A stretch of DNA of 44,527 nt from an uncultured Elusimicrobia bacterium (GTDB taxonomy: Bacteria; Elusimicrobiota; Elusimicrobia; JACQPE01): contig CAYHKQ010000006.1 of assembly GCA_964357255.1 (NCBI GenBank), forward strand, positions 1 to 44,527, written 5' to 3'. A model generated the notes under the pieces. That model searched no databases. It was not told the origin of the DNA and saw only the letters and a list, made by a program, of their open reading frames with translations. The position numbers and the translations under genes were made by a program. The number at the start of each line of letters is the position of its first letter. Position 1 is the stretch's first letter. This document shows, piece by piece, positions 8,869 to 17,683 of this stretch.

Positions 8869-10200
8869 ATGAAATCCCGCTTGAACGTTTTGTTCGCCGT
8901 TAATGGCGGGGGTCTTGTGGGCGGGGGCGAAAAGGTTGTGCGCCTTCTGGCCGAACACTTCAATAAGTCGTTATTTAATATTTTTGTTTGCACTTTGCGC
9001 GGCCCATTGCGTTCCAAGGTAGGCCAAGGGTGGTTTGAACAAAAAGATTTTTTGTATTTCGACGCGTTGGATAATCCGGGAAGGATAGTCCAAGCCATCG
9101 CGCGACATGAGATTGATTTGGTCAACATTCATCGTTCCGGATGGACGGACCCTCAAGAGTTGCGACCTTTTATCGAGGGCCGGGCTCCCATCATTGTTGA
9201 ACACAACATTTTTGGTTACGCGGATCCTTCGCCGGATTATCGGATGGTGGACCATGCGATTCATTTGGCAAAAAATACCTATTGGAGGCATTTGGGGTTA
9301 ATAAAAAATTTGCCGGATGCCCAGGAGCGCCGACGCAGGGCATCGGTTATTTATCCGCCGGTTGACGTGGACAAGATCCAGTCCCGTCTTGAAGTCAATA
9401 GGGCGAACGCGCAAACGCTTCGAGCTTCACTGGGCATTGCGCCGTCCGTTTTTGTCATTGGCCGTTCAGGGCGGCCTTATGAAGCAAAATTTGACGGTAT
9501 TTTGATTGACATGGTGACCCATTTGGTTAAGAAAACCAAGAACTTTCGTTTTGTGGCCATTGGGATGCCTCCCAAAAGAAAAGAGGAAGTTAAAAAAAGG
9601 GGATTGGATTCCTATTTTATTCATACTCCTTGGCCAATGAGCGATGAACGGCTTTATGAGCACTATGCGTCTTTTGATATTCATGCTCACGGCGCGCGCA
9701 TGGGGGAATGTTGTAGCGCTGTTATTGTCGAGGCCATGGCCAGCGGCTTGCCTGTTATTACCATGTCTACTCCCGACAGGGAAAACGGTCAGATTGAACA
9801 GATCGATCATGGCGTTACAGGGATTGTCGCGAATTATCCAAAAGCTTACGCCGAGGCCGTTTATTATTTGATGACCGATCCTCAGGAGCGAAAGGCTATG
9901 GGTGAGAGGGCTCGTCAGCGTTCGATGATCTATTCAGCCGGAAGGATCGCGGCGCTATACGAGAAGCTTTTTATCGAGCTGGCCTTAGCGAAAGGCATGG
10001 AGATCGGGCCGAATCTCAGAGATCATGCTACTTCCATCGCTTATTATCCAAATAGCGAAGAGGTGGAGAATTTTCCTCATGACTACTCGCGACGCCTTGG
10101 GCTCTCGTATGAAAAATGCTGGGTAACTGAGAAAGCATACTTTTACAGGAAGAAATTTCTTGAGAAATTCGTTCCTTCGCTTTTTAACGACGCGCCTTAA
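8869..10200 (+). CDS. GT4 glycosyltransferase
   Basis: GGGEKVV near the N-terminus; E-x7-E motif GECCSAVIVEAMASGLPVI; HGVTG. Confidence 0.88.
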   Translation: MKSRLNVLFAVNGGGLVGGGEKVVRLLAEHFNKSLFNIFVCTLRGPLRSKVGQGWFEQKDFLYFDALDNPGRIVQAIARHEIDLVNIHRSGWTDPQELRPFIEGRAPIIVEHNIFGYADPSPDYRMVDHAIHLAKNTYWRHLGLIKNLPDAQERRRRASVIYPPVDVDKIQSRLEVNRANAQTLRASLGIAPSVFVIGRSGRPYEAKFDGILIDMVTHLVKKTKNFRFVAIGMPPKRKEEVKKRGLDSYFIHTPWPMSDERLYEHYASFDIHAHGARMGECCSAVIVEAMASGLPVITMSTPDRENGQIEQIDHGVTGIVANYPKAYAEAVYYLMTDPQERKAMGERARQRSMIYSAGRIAALYEKLFIELALAKGMEIGPNLRDHATSIAYYPNSEEVENFPHDYSRRLGLSYEKCWVTEKAYFYRKKFLEKFVPSLFNDAP

Positions 10201-11147
10201 ATTTGTCCGAGAAGATCGTCCACGGCCCGCTCAACGGCTTTGCGGGAGTTTTCCGGAGGCGCCCAGCCTAATTTTTTAAGACGGTTGCCATCGAGGAGCA
10301 CTCGGGGCACGTCACCCACCCAGCCTCGGTCCCCTCCTGTATAGCGAATTTTAGCCGTCCGAAGACCCATTTTAGAAATGACAATTTTTGCTATAGAAGC
10401 GACATCAAGCCGGTCCGGCGGAGTAAGATTAAATACATTGATTTTTTTGCTGGAATGAATTAAGCCAAACAGTATTCCTTCCACGCAATTTTTTACATAG
10501 AGGTAGGGTTTCGCTTGTTTACCATCCCCCAAGACCAGAAGTTCTTTTGGATTACGCCGCAGTTTGTGAATAAAATCCACCAAAACCCCGTGCGTGCCGT
10601 TATAACCCACGACGTTGGCGAATCGGTAGATCCATGCCTGGAATTGATAGCTGTGGCAATAAGCCGAAATGAGGCCCTCGGCTGCCAATTTTCCAGCCCC
10701 ATAAAATGAAACGGGCTCAAGCGGGCCATAGTCTTCCGGCGTGGGAAACACGGAAGGCTCGCCCATGATGGCTGAGCTGGAGGAAAAGACAATCCGCTTG
10801 ACTCCGCATCGGCGCATTGATTCCAAAACGTTGTATGTGGCAAGGGTGCTGAGCTTCAGATCGATGTCTGTTGTCAGGGTGCTTTTTTGGATGTCGGAAT
10901 TGCAGGCCAGGTGGAAGATGATTTCGTGTCCTTGAACTGCGCGGCGCACCGCCGCTGGCTCGAGTAAATCAGCCTTAATGAAGCGAAATTTAGGATGGCT
11001 AAAAAATTTTTGTATCAACTGGCGTCGTCCCAGGAGAAAATTGTCCAAGGCCGCAACCTTCCAGCCTAATTCAAGCAGGCGGCCCACGAGATTGCTTCCG
11101 ATGAATCCGGCTCCGCCGGTGACCAGGGCAGTTTTGATGTTTGTCAT
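10197..11147 (-). CDS. NAD-dependent epimerase (extended SDR); paralogue of 18983-19957
   Basis: [32 protein letters not shown]. Confidence 0.93.
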   Translation of the reverse strand: MTNIKTALVTGGAGFIGSNLVGRLLELGWKVAALDNFLLGRRQLIQKFFSHPKFRFIKADLLEPAAVRRAVQGHEIIFHLACNSDIQKSTLTTDIDLKLSTLATYNVLESMRRCGVKRIVFSSSSAIMGEPSVFPTPEDYGPLEPVSFYGAGKLAAEGLISAYCHSYQFQAWIYRFANVVGYNGTHGVLVDFIHKLRRNPKELLVLGDGKQAKPYLYVKNCVEGILFGLIHSSKKINVFNLTPPDRLDVASIAKIVISKMGLRTAKIRYTGGDRGWVGDVPRVLLDGNRLKKLGWAPPENSRKAVERAVDDLLGQI

Positions 11148-11194
11148 GAGAGCATTAAACTTAATTATTCATTTTTCTTGAGAGTGGGCGCGTC

Positions 11195-12241
11195 TCATTG
11201 GGATGTTAATTTGCTCTTGAGACGTCGCGACAGCACGGCGAGCCCCTCCGGCGACTGGCGGAATAATGCCGTCGCAGAACCCATTCCGGCATAAATTTCG
11301 CTTCGCCAACGCCGCAATTTTTCAGATGAAGCCTGCCGCGCCTGGGCCTTAGTTCCATCTCGTCTGATTGTATCTAAAGAGGCTAAGACTGCTTTGGCCC
11401 GGCAAATGTAGGTATGCTTGGCGTGAGCCTCGCGCGCGCCGATGATGGCGATTTTTTCTCGTTCTTGCTCGTGGCTGATGAAGTAATCGGCAATCTTGAG
11501 GAGATCTTCTTCGCCGACATAGGTGAGCAGATGTGTTTTGTCGGTAAAAAGATCCAGCAGGCCATTGGCCGAGGCGTCGGTTACCAGGAGCGATCCGCTA
11601 CCCAAGGCTTCGAAAACGCGCAGGGTCAAGTCGCCGCTGACTGAGCAATTAAACACGATGCGCGATTGTTGGTAGATTTTTATGGTTTCTCGAATATCGC
11701 AGGTTTTTGAAAAATCATTTATTTTAAAACGGTTGGCCAGGGTTTTTAAAAGAAGATTTCGGCGCCGGTATCTTGGTTGCGTGGAGCCGACAAAACCGAT
11801 ATCGTAAATTTTTGGGCCGGGGTCGGGATTTATGAGGTTGGGATTAAAAGCGACGGGTAGCCATTGAGTCCAAGATCCTTGTTCCTGAAAAAATTTTAGA
11901 TAGTCTTTCTGCGCTAAAAAGGTCATATCAAAGAATTTTGCCGCGAACAGGCGCCGGTCCAGGTCAATATGAGGATCGGTCAGATAGCAGGCGGTGGGGA
12001 CCGGCAAGCGCTCGATGCCTCGCGGAAAGTAGGAAGACAAGCCGCTCTCGATATATACAAAGAGGTCAAATTGCCGGTTTTGATTGAAATACCATGCGGC
12101 GATGTCCCAATCCACGCTACCCGGGCCTTGAGGTTTATTCTTAATGAGCAATGTCGTCTCGGCCAGGCTGCCGAACGCCTCGGCCATTTCTTCGGCGGTG
12201 GTGCAGTTGGGGAAGTGTTCGTAAGAGATGAGAATTTTCAT
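11195..12241 (-). CDS. CgeB-like GT-B glycosyltransferase
   Basis: YLTDPH, WLPVAFNP, YDIGFVGS, SRIVFN, LRVFEALGSGSLLVTD, HTYICR. Confidence 0.85.
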   Translation of the reverse strand: MKILISYEHFPNCTTAEEMAEAFGSLAETTLLIKNKPQGPGSVDWDIAAWYFNQNRQFDLFVYIESGLSSYFPRGIERLPVPTACYLTDPHIDLDRRLFAAKFFDMTFLAQKDYLKFFQEQGSWTQWLPVAFNPNLINPDPGPKIYDIGFVGSTQPRYRRRNLLLKTLANRFKINDFSKTCDIRETIKIYQQSRIVFNCSVSGDLTLRVFEALGSGSLLVTDASANGLLDLFTDKTHLLTYVGEEDLLKIADYFISHEQEREKIAIIGAREAHAKHTYICRAKAVLASLDTIRRDGTKAQARQASSEKLRRWRSEIYAGMGSATALFRQSPEGLAVLSRRLKSKLTSQ

Positions 12242-12255
12242 GGCCGGCGCGGGGG

Positions 12256-12975
12256 TTAATGGATTTTATATCCGGCGGCCAACGCGTCGTTGCGGAACAT
12301 TTTGACGGTTTCCAGAGAAAAGACCGTTAAATCCTTGCCGACTGCAGAGAGTTTTTTGATGATGTCATTGGTGGCCGTGATGATGTGGCAACCAATTTTA
12401 TCGGCTTGAAAGATATTGAGAAGTTCCCGAGGACTGGCCCAGAGGAGTTCGGCGTTAGGCGCGATCCGGAGCAATCTTAACGCCTCGGTCATCAGAGGAA
12501 CGGGATCGCGGCCCGTGTCGGCGATCCGCCCCGCAAAAATAGAGACGTAGCAAGGGGCGCCTCCCTTGACCGCTTTGGCCACGCTCACGACTTGCCCCAA
12601 GGGCAACATGGCCGTGACATTGATTTTGATACCCGCATGGGAAAGCTTGTGAATCAGGGGGTAGCTGGGTTCTTGGCGCGTGTTCATTATGGGAATTTTG
12701 ACGTAGACGTTAGACCCCCACGCCGCTATGATCTTAGCCTGTTCTTCCATTTCGTTAAATTCATCCGAAAAGACCTCAAAAGAGATGGGCCGATCAGGGA
12801 TGGCCTTGAGAATCTCCCGGGAAAAAGTTTCATAATCCGTCACCCCTGACTTGCGCATTAAGGTGGGATTTGTGGTAAATCCTTTGACGATGGGGTTGCG
12901 GTACATTTCGATCATACCCGCTTTGTCCGCGCCGTCCGCAAAAATTTTGATTTTGAGATCCGATGCTTTTTTCAT
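12256..12975 (-). CDS. tal: Transaldolase (small TalC/LmbR-like type)
   Basis: FADGA, TTNPTL, Schiff-base Lys in VYVKIP, NVT, LWAS.R. Glu (SFEV) and Phe (SIFAGR) are the transaldolase-type residues rather than FSA-type. Confidence 0.92.
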   Translation of the reverse strand: MKKASDLKIKIFADGADKAGMIEMYRNPIVKGFTTNPTLMRKSGVTDYETFSREILKAIPDRPISFEVFSDEFNEMEEQAKIIAAWGSNVYVKIPIMNTRQEPSYPLIHKLSHAGIKINVTAMLPLGQVVSVAKAVKGGAPCYVSIFAGRIADTGRDPVPLMTEALRLLRIAPNAELLWASPRELLNIFQADKIGCHIITATNDIIKKLSAVGKDLTVFSLETVKMFRNDALAAGYKIH

Positions 12976-13020
12976 TATTTCAGGGATTTTCCTCTATGAG
13001 ATTGCCACAGCTTTCATCAT

Positions 13021-13575
13021 TTATAGTTTACTTTTAGATTGGCTTAAAATCCAGTTCGTGGCTTCAGGCAAAGAGGAGGCGCGATGATCAGGATGGCAAC
13101 GCTCGGCCTGGGCATAGGGATTATCAATGAGAATTGTCCGGCATCCCGCCTGCCGGCCGGCCTCAATATCCTTCCACCGGTCTCCTACCATAACACTGGA
13201 CGCAAGATCGAGGTCCCACTTGTCGCAGGCCGCAAGCAATAGGCCGGGCGCGGGTTTGCGACAGGAACAATGGTCCTGGTCGTCGTGATAGCAGACATGA
13301 ATATCGTCAAGCCGGAGCCGGCGGCGCAAAATTTCGTTGATCGCTTCTATCATTTTACGCTGTTGCAGTCCCCGTGTCACGTCGGGCTGGTTGGTGACCA
13401 TAATCAGCAACCATTTGGCATTGCGTAGTTTTCGGCAGGCCCCAGGCACGCCGGGCAAGATTACAAGATCCTTGGGGCTCGACGGCGGATGGCGCTTGTC
13501 GCCCCGCCGATAAGTCTTATTGAGAACGCCGTCGCGGTCTAAAAAAACAGCTTTTTTTATTTTACGGATTCCCAT
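13021..13575 (-). CDS. gmhB: Sugar-bisphosphate phosphatase, HAD-IIIA GmhB/LmbK-like
   Basis: FLDRDGVLN, VTNQP, CYH...CSCRKP.PG, VGDRWKD. ATG 13575 overlaps the end of the upstream gene. Confidence 0.9.
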   Translation of the reverse strand: MGIRKIKKAVFLDRDGVLNKTYRRGDKRHPPSSPKDLVILPGVPGACRKLRNAKWLLIMVTNQPDVTRGLQQRKMIEAINEILRRRLRLDDIHVCYHDDQDHCSCRKPAPGLLLAACDKWDLDLASSVMVGDRWKDIEAGRQAGCRTILIDNPYAQAERCHPDHRASSLPEATNWILSQSKSKL

Positions 13576-14156
13576 TTCATCAGGTTCGTTTGAAGTAAAG
13601 GGTGGGAAACCAGAAGGTGCCAAATGATGGCTTGAAAGGCTTCCGTGTGCGGGGTGAGCGTTTGGGGATTGACCGTGGGCACAATGACGCAGGCATCGGC
13701 CACGCTCGCCGTGTATCCGCCGTCACGGCCAACGATCCCCAGGATCCCGGCCCCCACTGTTTTGGCCAACTCCAGCGCGCGCACCAAATTAGGGCTGATG
13801 TTTTTGGCAAGACTGCCGCCTCCTACGGAGAGGACCAGGACCATATCCCTAGGCCCCAGGCGGCTGACTTCGAGCCACTTGGCGAAGACGCTGTCCCAGC
13901 CCTCATCATTGATGCGGGCGGTGATCTCTGAGACATTGTCGGTAGGGGAATAGGCCTCAATACCGCAGATTTTTCTGAAGTCGTTGACGGCATGGGAGGC
14001 GTTGCCGGCGCTACCTCCGACCCCAAGGATAAAAAGCCGTCCGCCCCGATGCCGTAGCGCGGCCAAAAGTTGGGCCATTTTTTCAATCGTTCCTTGATCG
14101 AGCCGGTCAATGATTTGGCCGGCTTCTTTTAAATATTGTTGCGCATAGGACGGCAT
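13557..14156 (-). CDS. gmhA: SIS-domain phosphosugar isomerase, GmhA/LmbN-like, non-canonical motifs
   Basis: GVGGSAGNASHAVND, TARIND.GW..VF, GRDGG. Confidence 0.85.
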   Translation of the reverse strand: MPSYAQQYLKEAGQIIDRLDQGTIEKMAQLLAALRHRGGRLFILGVGGSAGNASHAVNDFRKICGIEAYSPTDNVSEITARINDEGWDSVFAKWLEVSRLGPRDMVLVLSVGGGSLAKNISPNLVRALELAKTVGAGILGIVGRDGGYTASVADACVIVPTVNPQTLTPHTEAFQAIIWHLLVSHPLLQTNLMKWESVK

Positions 14157-14869
14157 TAGGACACCCCCTTCATTTTTGAGGCCAGATAGGCGCGGGTTTC
14201 TTCAAGGCCCCTCGGGGAGCCGATTTCGTAAAAACGCCGGGTAATCTCGTAGCCCGTTAGTTGATTGTTGTCCAGAAGTTCCTGGTAGAGGTCCGCTAAA
14301 TCGTATGGCTGGTCTATGGCCAGATGATCGAACGCCTCGCGACGGAGTAGGCCTAAACCATAATCAATGTGTTTCATATCCGGGCTTGGATTTCGTTTGT
14401 CATAGCGGATGATCCGGCCCTGGTCAAAGAGGACATTGCTTTGATCCCATTGCCCGGCATTGAGAAAGACCGTCATCAGACCCTGTTTGCCGCTTTGACG
14501 CATGGCCGCCAGAGGAGCTTGATAATCAATATCAAGATAGGTGTCGCCGTAAAGGACAAAGAATATCTCGCCGAGTTTGGGAAGGGCCTTTTTCAAGGCC
14601 CCTGCGGTGCCCAGGAGCGTGGGTCCGTCAAAAACGTAATCAATGGAAACTTTGAGGGAACGGCCATCCCCTACGGCCCGTTGGATTGCTTCGCCCATGT
14701 GGCCGGCGCAAAGGACCAAGCGTGTGAGTTGATGGCGACGTAAAAGTTCGATCTGATGTATGAGAAACGGTTTGCCGGCCACCTCGATCAAGCATTTGGG
14801 GGTGGCCTGGGTGAGGGGTCCCAGGCGCGCGCCCAGCCCTCCGCACAGGATCGCCATTGGCCAATTCAT
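14156..14869 (-). CDS. Sugar-1-phosphate nucleotidyltransferase, HddC/LmbO-like
   Basis: LCGGLGARL, PKCL, LGTAGAL, LYGDTY. Confidence 0.88.
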   Translation of the reverse strand: MNWPMAILCGGLGARLGPLTQATPKCLIEVAGKPFLIHQIELLRRHQLTRLVLCAGHMGEAIQRAVGDGRSLKVSIDYVFDGPTLLGTAGALKKALPKLGEIFFVLYGDTYLDIDYQAPLAAMRQSGKQGLMTVFLNAGQWDQSNVLFDQGRIIRYDKRNPSPDMKHIDYGLGLLRREAFDHLAIDQPYDLADLYQELLDNNQLTGYEITRRFYEIGSPRGLEETRAYLASKMKGVS

Positions 14870-15846
14870 GGGGCAATAGTTTTTGTGCCTTCGAAGTCGA
14901 AGCGAAAGCGCAGTTCGCCGATGTTGGCTCGGCGCATCGCTTGACGAAGTCGTTCCTGCTCCTCGCTGTAGAACATTAAAAATCCGCCCCCGCCGGCGCC
15001 GATGACTTTGCCTGCTAAGGCGCCGTTGGCCAGGCCTAAAGAGTGCATCTCGTCTATTTTGTTGTTCGACATGACGGAAGAGCGTTCTTTTTTGTGTTCC
15101 CAGTGCACATTCATTAGACGGGCGAATTCACGCAAGTTTCCGCTTTCTAATGCCTTTTGGCTTTCAAGCCCAAGCTCTTTGATGAAATGAAGGTTTTGAA
15201 GCATGGAGGGGTCGTCCTTTTTTGACTTATCATCTTGCTCTTTTAAAAGCGTCGAGGCTGAGCGGGAGTAGCCCGTAAAAAACAGCAAGAGGCGTTCCTG
15301 TAATTCTTTCAAGAAGGCCGCAGATATTTTAAGCGGCCATGTCTCGACGGAATCATTGTTCAGGAAACGAAAGCAAGTGATGCCTCCGTAGGCGGCAATA
15401 TAGGGGTCTTGCTTGCCGATTGGTTCATTCAAAAGGTCGTGTTCGAGGTGATAGGCCTGGGCGGCCAGGTCCCGGGGTTGAAGAGGCTGTTTGCGCAAGT
15501 TAAACAGCGCCTTGAGCAACGCCGTGGTAAAGCTACCGGAAGAGCCCAGCCCGGTGCCGGCCGGAATATCCGCCATGCTGACGATTTCGATGTTGGGCTC
15601 GGAAATGTCGGCTAATTTGAGCGCTTCGCGGATAATGGGATGCTGAACTTGGTCGCGATGGGGCACCTGTTCAATTTTGGAGTATTTAAGGACCAATTCT
15701 TGGACAAACGTTTGGTGGACGGAAATATAGACATGCTTGTCAATCGCGGCCGCGATTAAAAATCCGCCGTGTCGGCGGTAGTAGGAGGGCAGATCGGTCC
15801 CGCCGCCGCCCAGGGAAATTCTTAAGGGGCTACGCGCGATGATCAT
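14866..15846 (-). CDS. GHMP anomeric sugar kinase, HddA/LmbP-like
   Basis: PLRISLGGGGTD, PAGTGLGSSG, GKQD, GAGGGGF. Confidence 0.92.
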   Translation of the reverse strand: MIIARSPLRISLGGGGTDLPSYYRRHGGFLIAAAIDKHVYISVHQTFVQELVLKYSKIEQVPHRDQVQHPIIREALKLADISEPNIEIVSMADIPAGTGLGSSGSFTTALLKALFNLRKQPLQPRDLAAQAYHLEHDLLNEPIGKQDPYIAAYGGITCFRFLNNDSVETWPLKISAAFLKELQERLLLFFTGYSRSASTLLKEQDDKSKKDDPSMLQNLHFIKELGLESQKALESGNLREFARLMNVHWEHKKERSSVMSNNKIDEMHSLGLANGALAGKVIGAGGGGFLMFYSEEQERLRQAMRRANIGELRFRFDFEGTKTIAP

Positions 15847-16823
15847 GCTACGCGGCTCCGGTAAACTTCTTGCACGATCTCGAGGATGGCATTGGCGTCC
15901 TGCAACGTTACAGGGGCCGGCCCTTGGACGCTCACGGCACGGACAAAGGCTTCAAACTCTAGTTTCCAGGAAACATCGTCGCCCGGATAGTCCCAGTTCG
16001 TCGTTTCAGGCGGACCCATTTGAGGCAACATTTTATAGTAAACGAGTTGCTCCGTTCCATAACTGCCCCCCAGGCCCTCGAGGTGCAGTTTTCCCTGCGC
16101 GCCGTAAATTTCAAGGGAGAAAAGGTTTTTCCATTCACTGCAACTGACATGGAGCCAAGCCGCTTGTTTTGAAGGCGTTTGAAGCATGAGGAAGGCATTG
16201 TCCTCCACATTCATTTTCCAGAAATAAGTATTGGCCCATCCGTAAGCCAGGCTCAGATCACCCAAGAACCATCGCGCTAAATCAATTAAATGGACCCCCT
16301 GGTCAATGAGCTCGCCTCCTCCGGCCATTTCCGGATCAGCCCGCCATTCGCGCTCGTAACCTAAGCGTCCGCCATGTCCATAACGTCCTCGAATCATAAG
16401 GAGGGGGCCTAAGGCGCCGGAGTCAATGATTTGGCGGGCTTGGTTGGCGGCGGGATGAAACCGGTGATTGTAGCCAACGTGAACGCAAACCCTTTGGCGC
16501 TGGGCCGCGGCGATCATCGGCTTGATTTCTTGAGGGCTTCGGCCGCCTGGTTTTTCCACAAGAACATGTTTACCGGCTTCAATGGCCGCTAGGGCTATGG
16601 GGGCGAGCCATTGATTCGGGGTAGCCACAATGACGATCTCAACATTTTTTTGTTCGAGAATTTGATGCCAATCTTGGACGGCTGTGGCGCCCGGCGATTG
16701 GCGGGCGAGTTCTTGGGCGAGGGCAAGATTTGTGTCGGCGGTGGCGGCTAAGCGGTGTTTGGGTCCTAACGCTTTAAAGCGTTTTTTCCCGATTAAACCA
16801 CAACCGACGATGGCGACGTTCAT
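15843..16823 (-). CDS. Gfo/Idh/MocA oxidoreductase (LmbZ family)
   Basis: IVGCGLIG, VLVEKP, GYNHRFHP, GGGELIDQGVH. Confidence 0.92.
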   Translation of the reverse strand: MNVAIVGCGLIGKKRFKALGPKHRLAATADTNLALAQELARQSPGATAVQDWHQILEQKNVEIVIVATPNQWLAPIALAAIEAGKHVLVEKPGGRSPQEIKPMIAAAQRQRVCVHVGYNHRFHPAANQARQIIDSGALGPLLMIRGRYGHGGRLGYEREWRADPEMAGGGELIDQGVHLIDLARWFLGDLSLAYGWANTYFWKMNVEDNAFLMLQTPSKQAAWLHVSCSEWKNLFSLEIYGAQGKLHLEGLGGSYGTEQLVYYKMLPQMGPPETTNWDYPGDDVSWKLEFEAFVRAVSVQGPAPVTLQDANAILEIVQEVYRSRVA

Positions 16824-17683
16824 TCCCAGTTTTTGCCGCGATCCTCGGGTACTATGCGGCGCAAGGTATAAATGTCGCTCGCAATCAGTTCAGGGCGATA
16901 TTGTTCCAACTTGGGCCAGGGGTCCCAGACAGCGCTGATTAAGCGTCCGCTGATGCCATCGCTGGCGTTTGAGAGAAGAAAGACGCAAAGCGCGGCGCCT
17001 TTATCCAGAGGCGTTCCGCCCTCGCTTTTTTGCCGTAGCGAGCGCTCGTAAAATTCATGTCCGACTTTATCGGGCCCAGCTACAATCACTTCCTCGAGCA
17101 ATCGAGTGTTCAGGCGTCCTGGCGCTATGGCGTTGATGTCAATGTTGAGTCCTTTGGTTTCTTCGGCCAATGTGTCTGTGAGTCGAACCACCGCAGCCTT
17201 AGAAACGGCATAGGCGCTCAAATAAGGCAACGGCGCCGTGGCCCCGCCGCCGGAAAGATTGACAATTTTGCCTCGTTTTTGATTTTTAAAAATCGGTAGC
17301 ACGGTCCGGCACAAAAGCGCGGTTCCAAAAAGATTGATTTGGACGGCTTCGACCCACTCGGACCAGTTCACTTCATCAATGAACCCTTTGGGTCCGTAGA
17401 CGCCCGCATTGTTGACCAATCCGTCCAGGCTGGGGAGCGCAGTCCGGGCGGAGTTCACCCACTGCTTCACCAAGTCGGGTTTGGACACATCGAGGGGCGC
17501 CGCGAGCACCTTCTGGCCTGCCTTGGCCTGGCGCTCTAGTTCGGCTCGGGTTTGGCCTAGAAGACGGGCGTCTCTGGCGCCGAGAAAAACATGGGCTCCT
17601 TCGCTCACGCAGGCCCGAGCGATGGCCTTGCCCAGGCCCTGGCTGGCTCCGGCGATCAGGATGCCGTAATTTTTAAGCTTCAT
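16820..17683 (-). CDS. Classical SDR ketoreductase
   Basis: GASQGLG, NNAG, YAVSK, NAIAPG. Start placed at ATG 17683 (MKLK), coupled to the upstream stop. Confidence 0.92.
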   Translation of the reverse strand: MKLKNYGILIAGASQGLGKAIARACVSEGAHVFLGARDARLLGQTRAELERQAKAGQKVLAAPLDVSKPDLVKQWVNSARTALPSLDGLVNNAGVYGPKGFIDEVNWSEWVEAVQINLFGTALLCRTVLPIFKNQKRGKIVNLSGGGATAPLPYLSAYAVSKAAVVRLTDTLAEETKGLNIDINAIAPGRLNTRLLEEVIVAGPDKVGHEFYERSLRQKSEGGTPLDKGAALCVFLLSNASDGISGRLISAVWDPWPKLEQYRPELIASDIYTLRRIVPEDRGKNWE

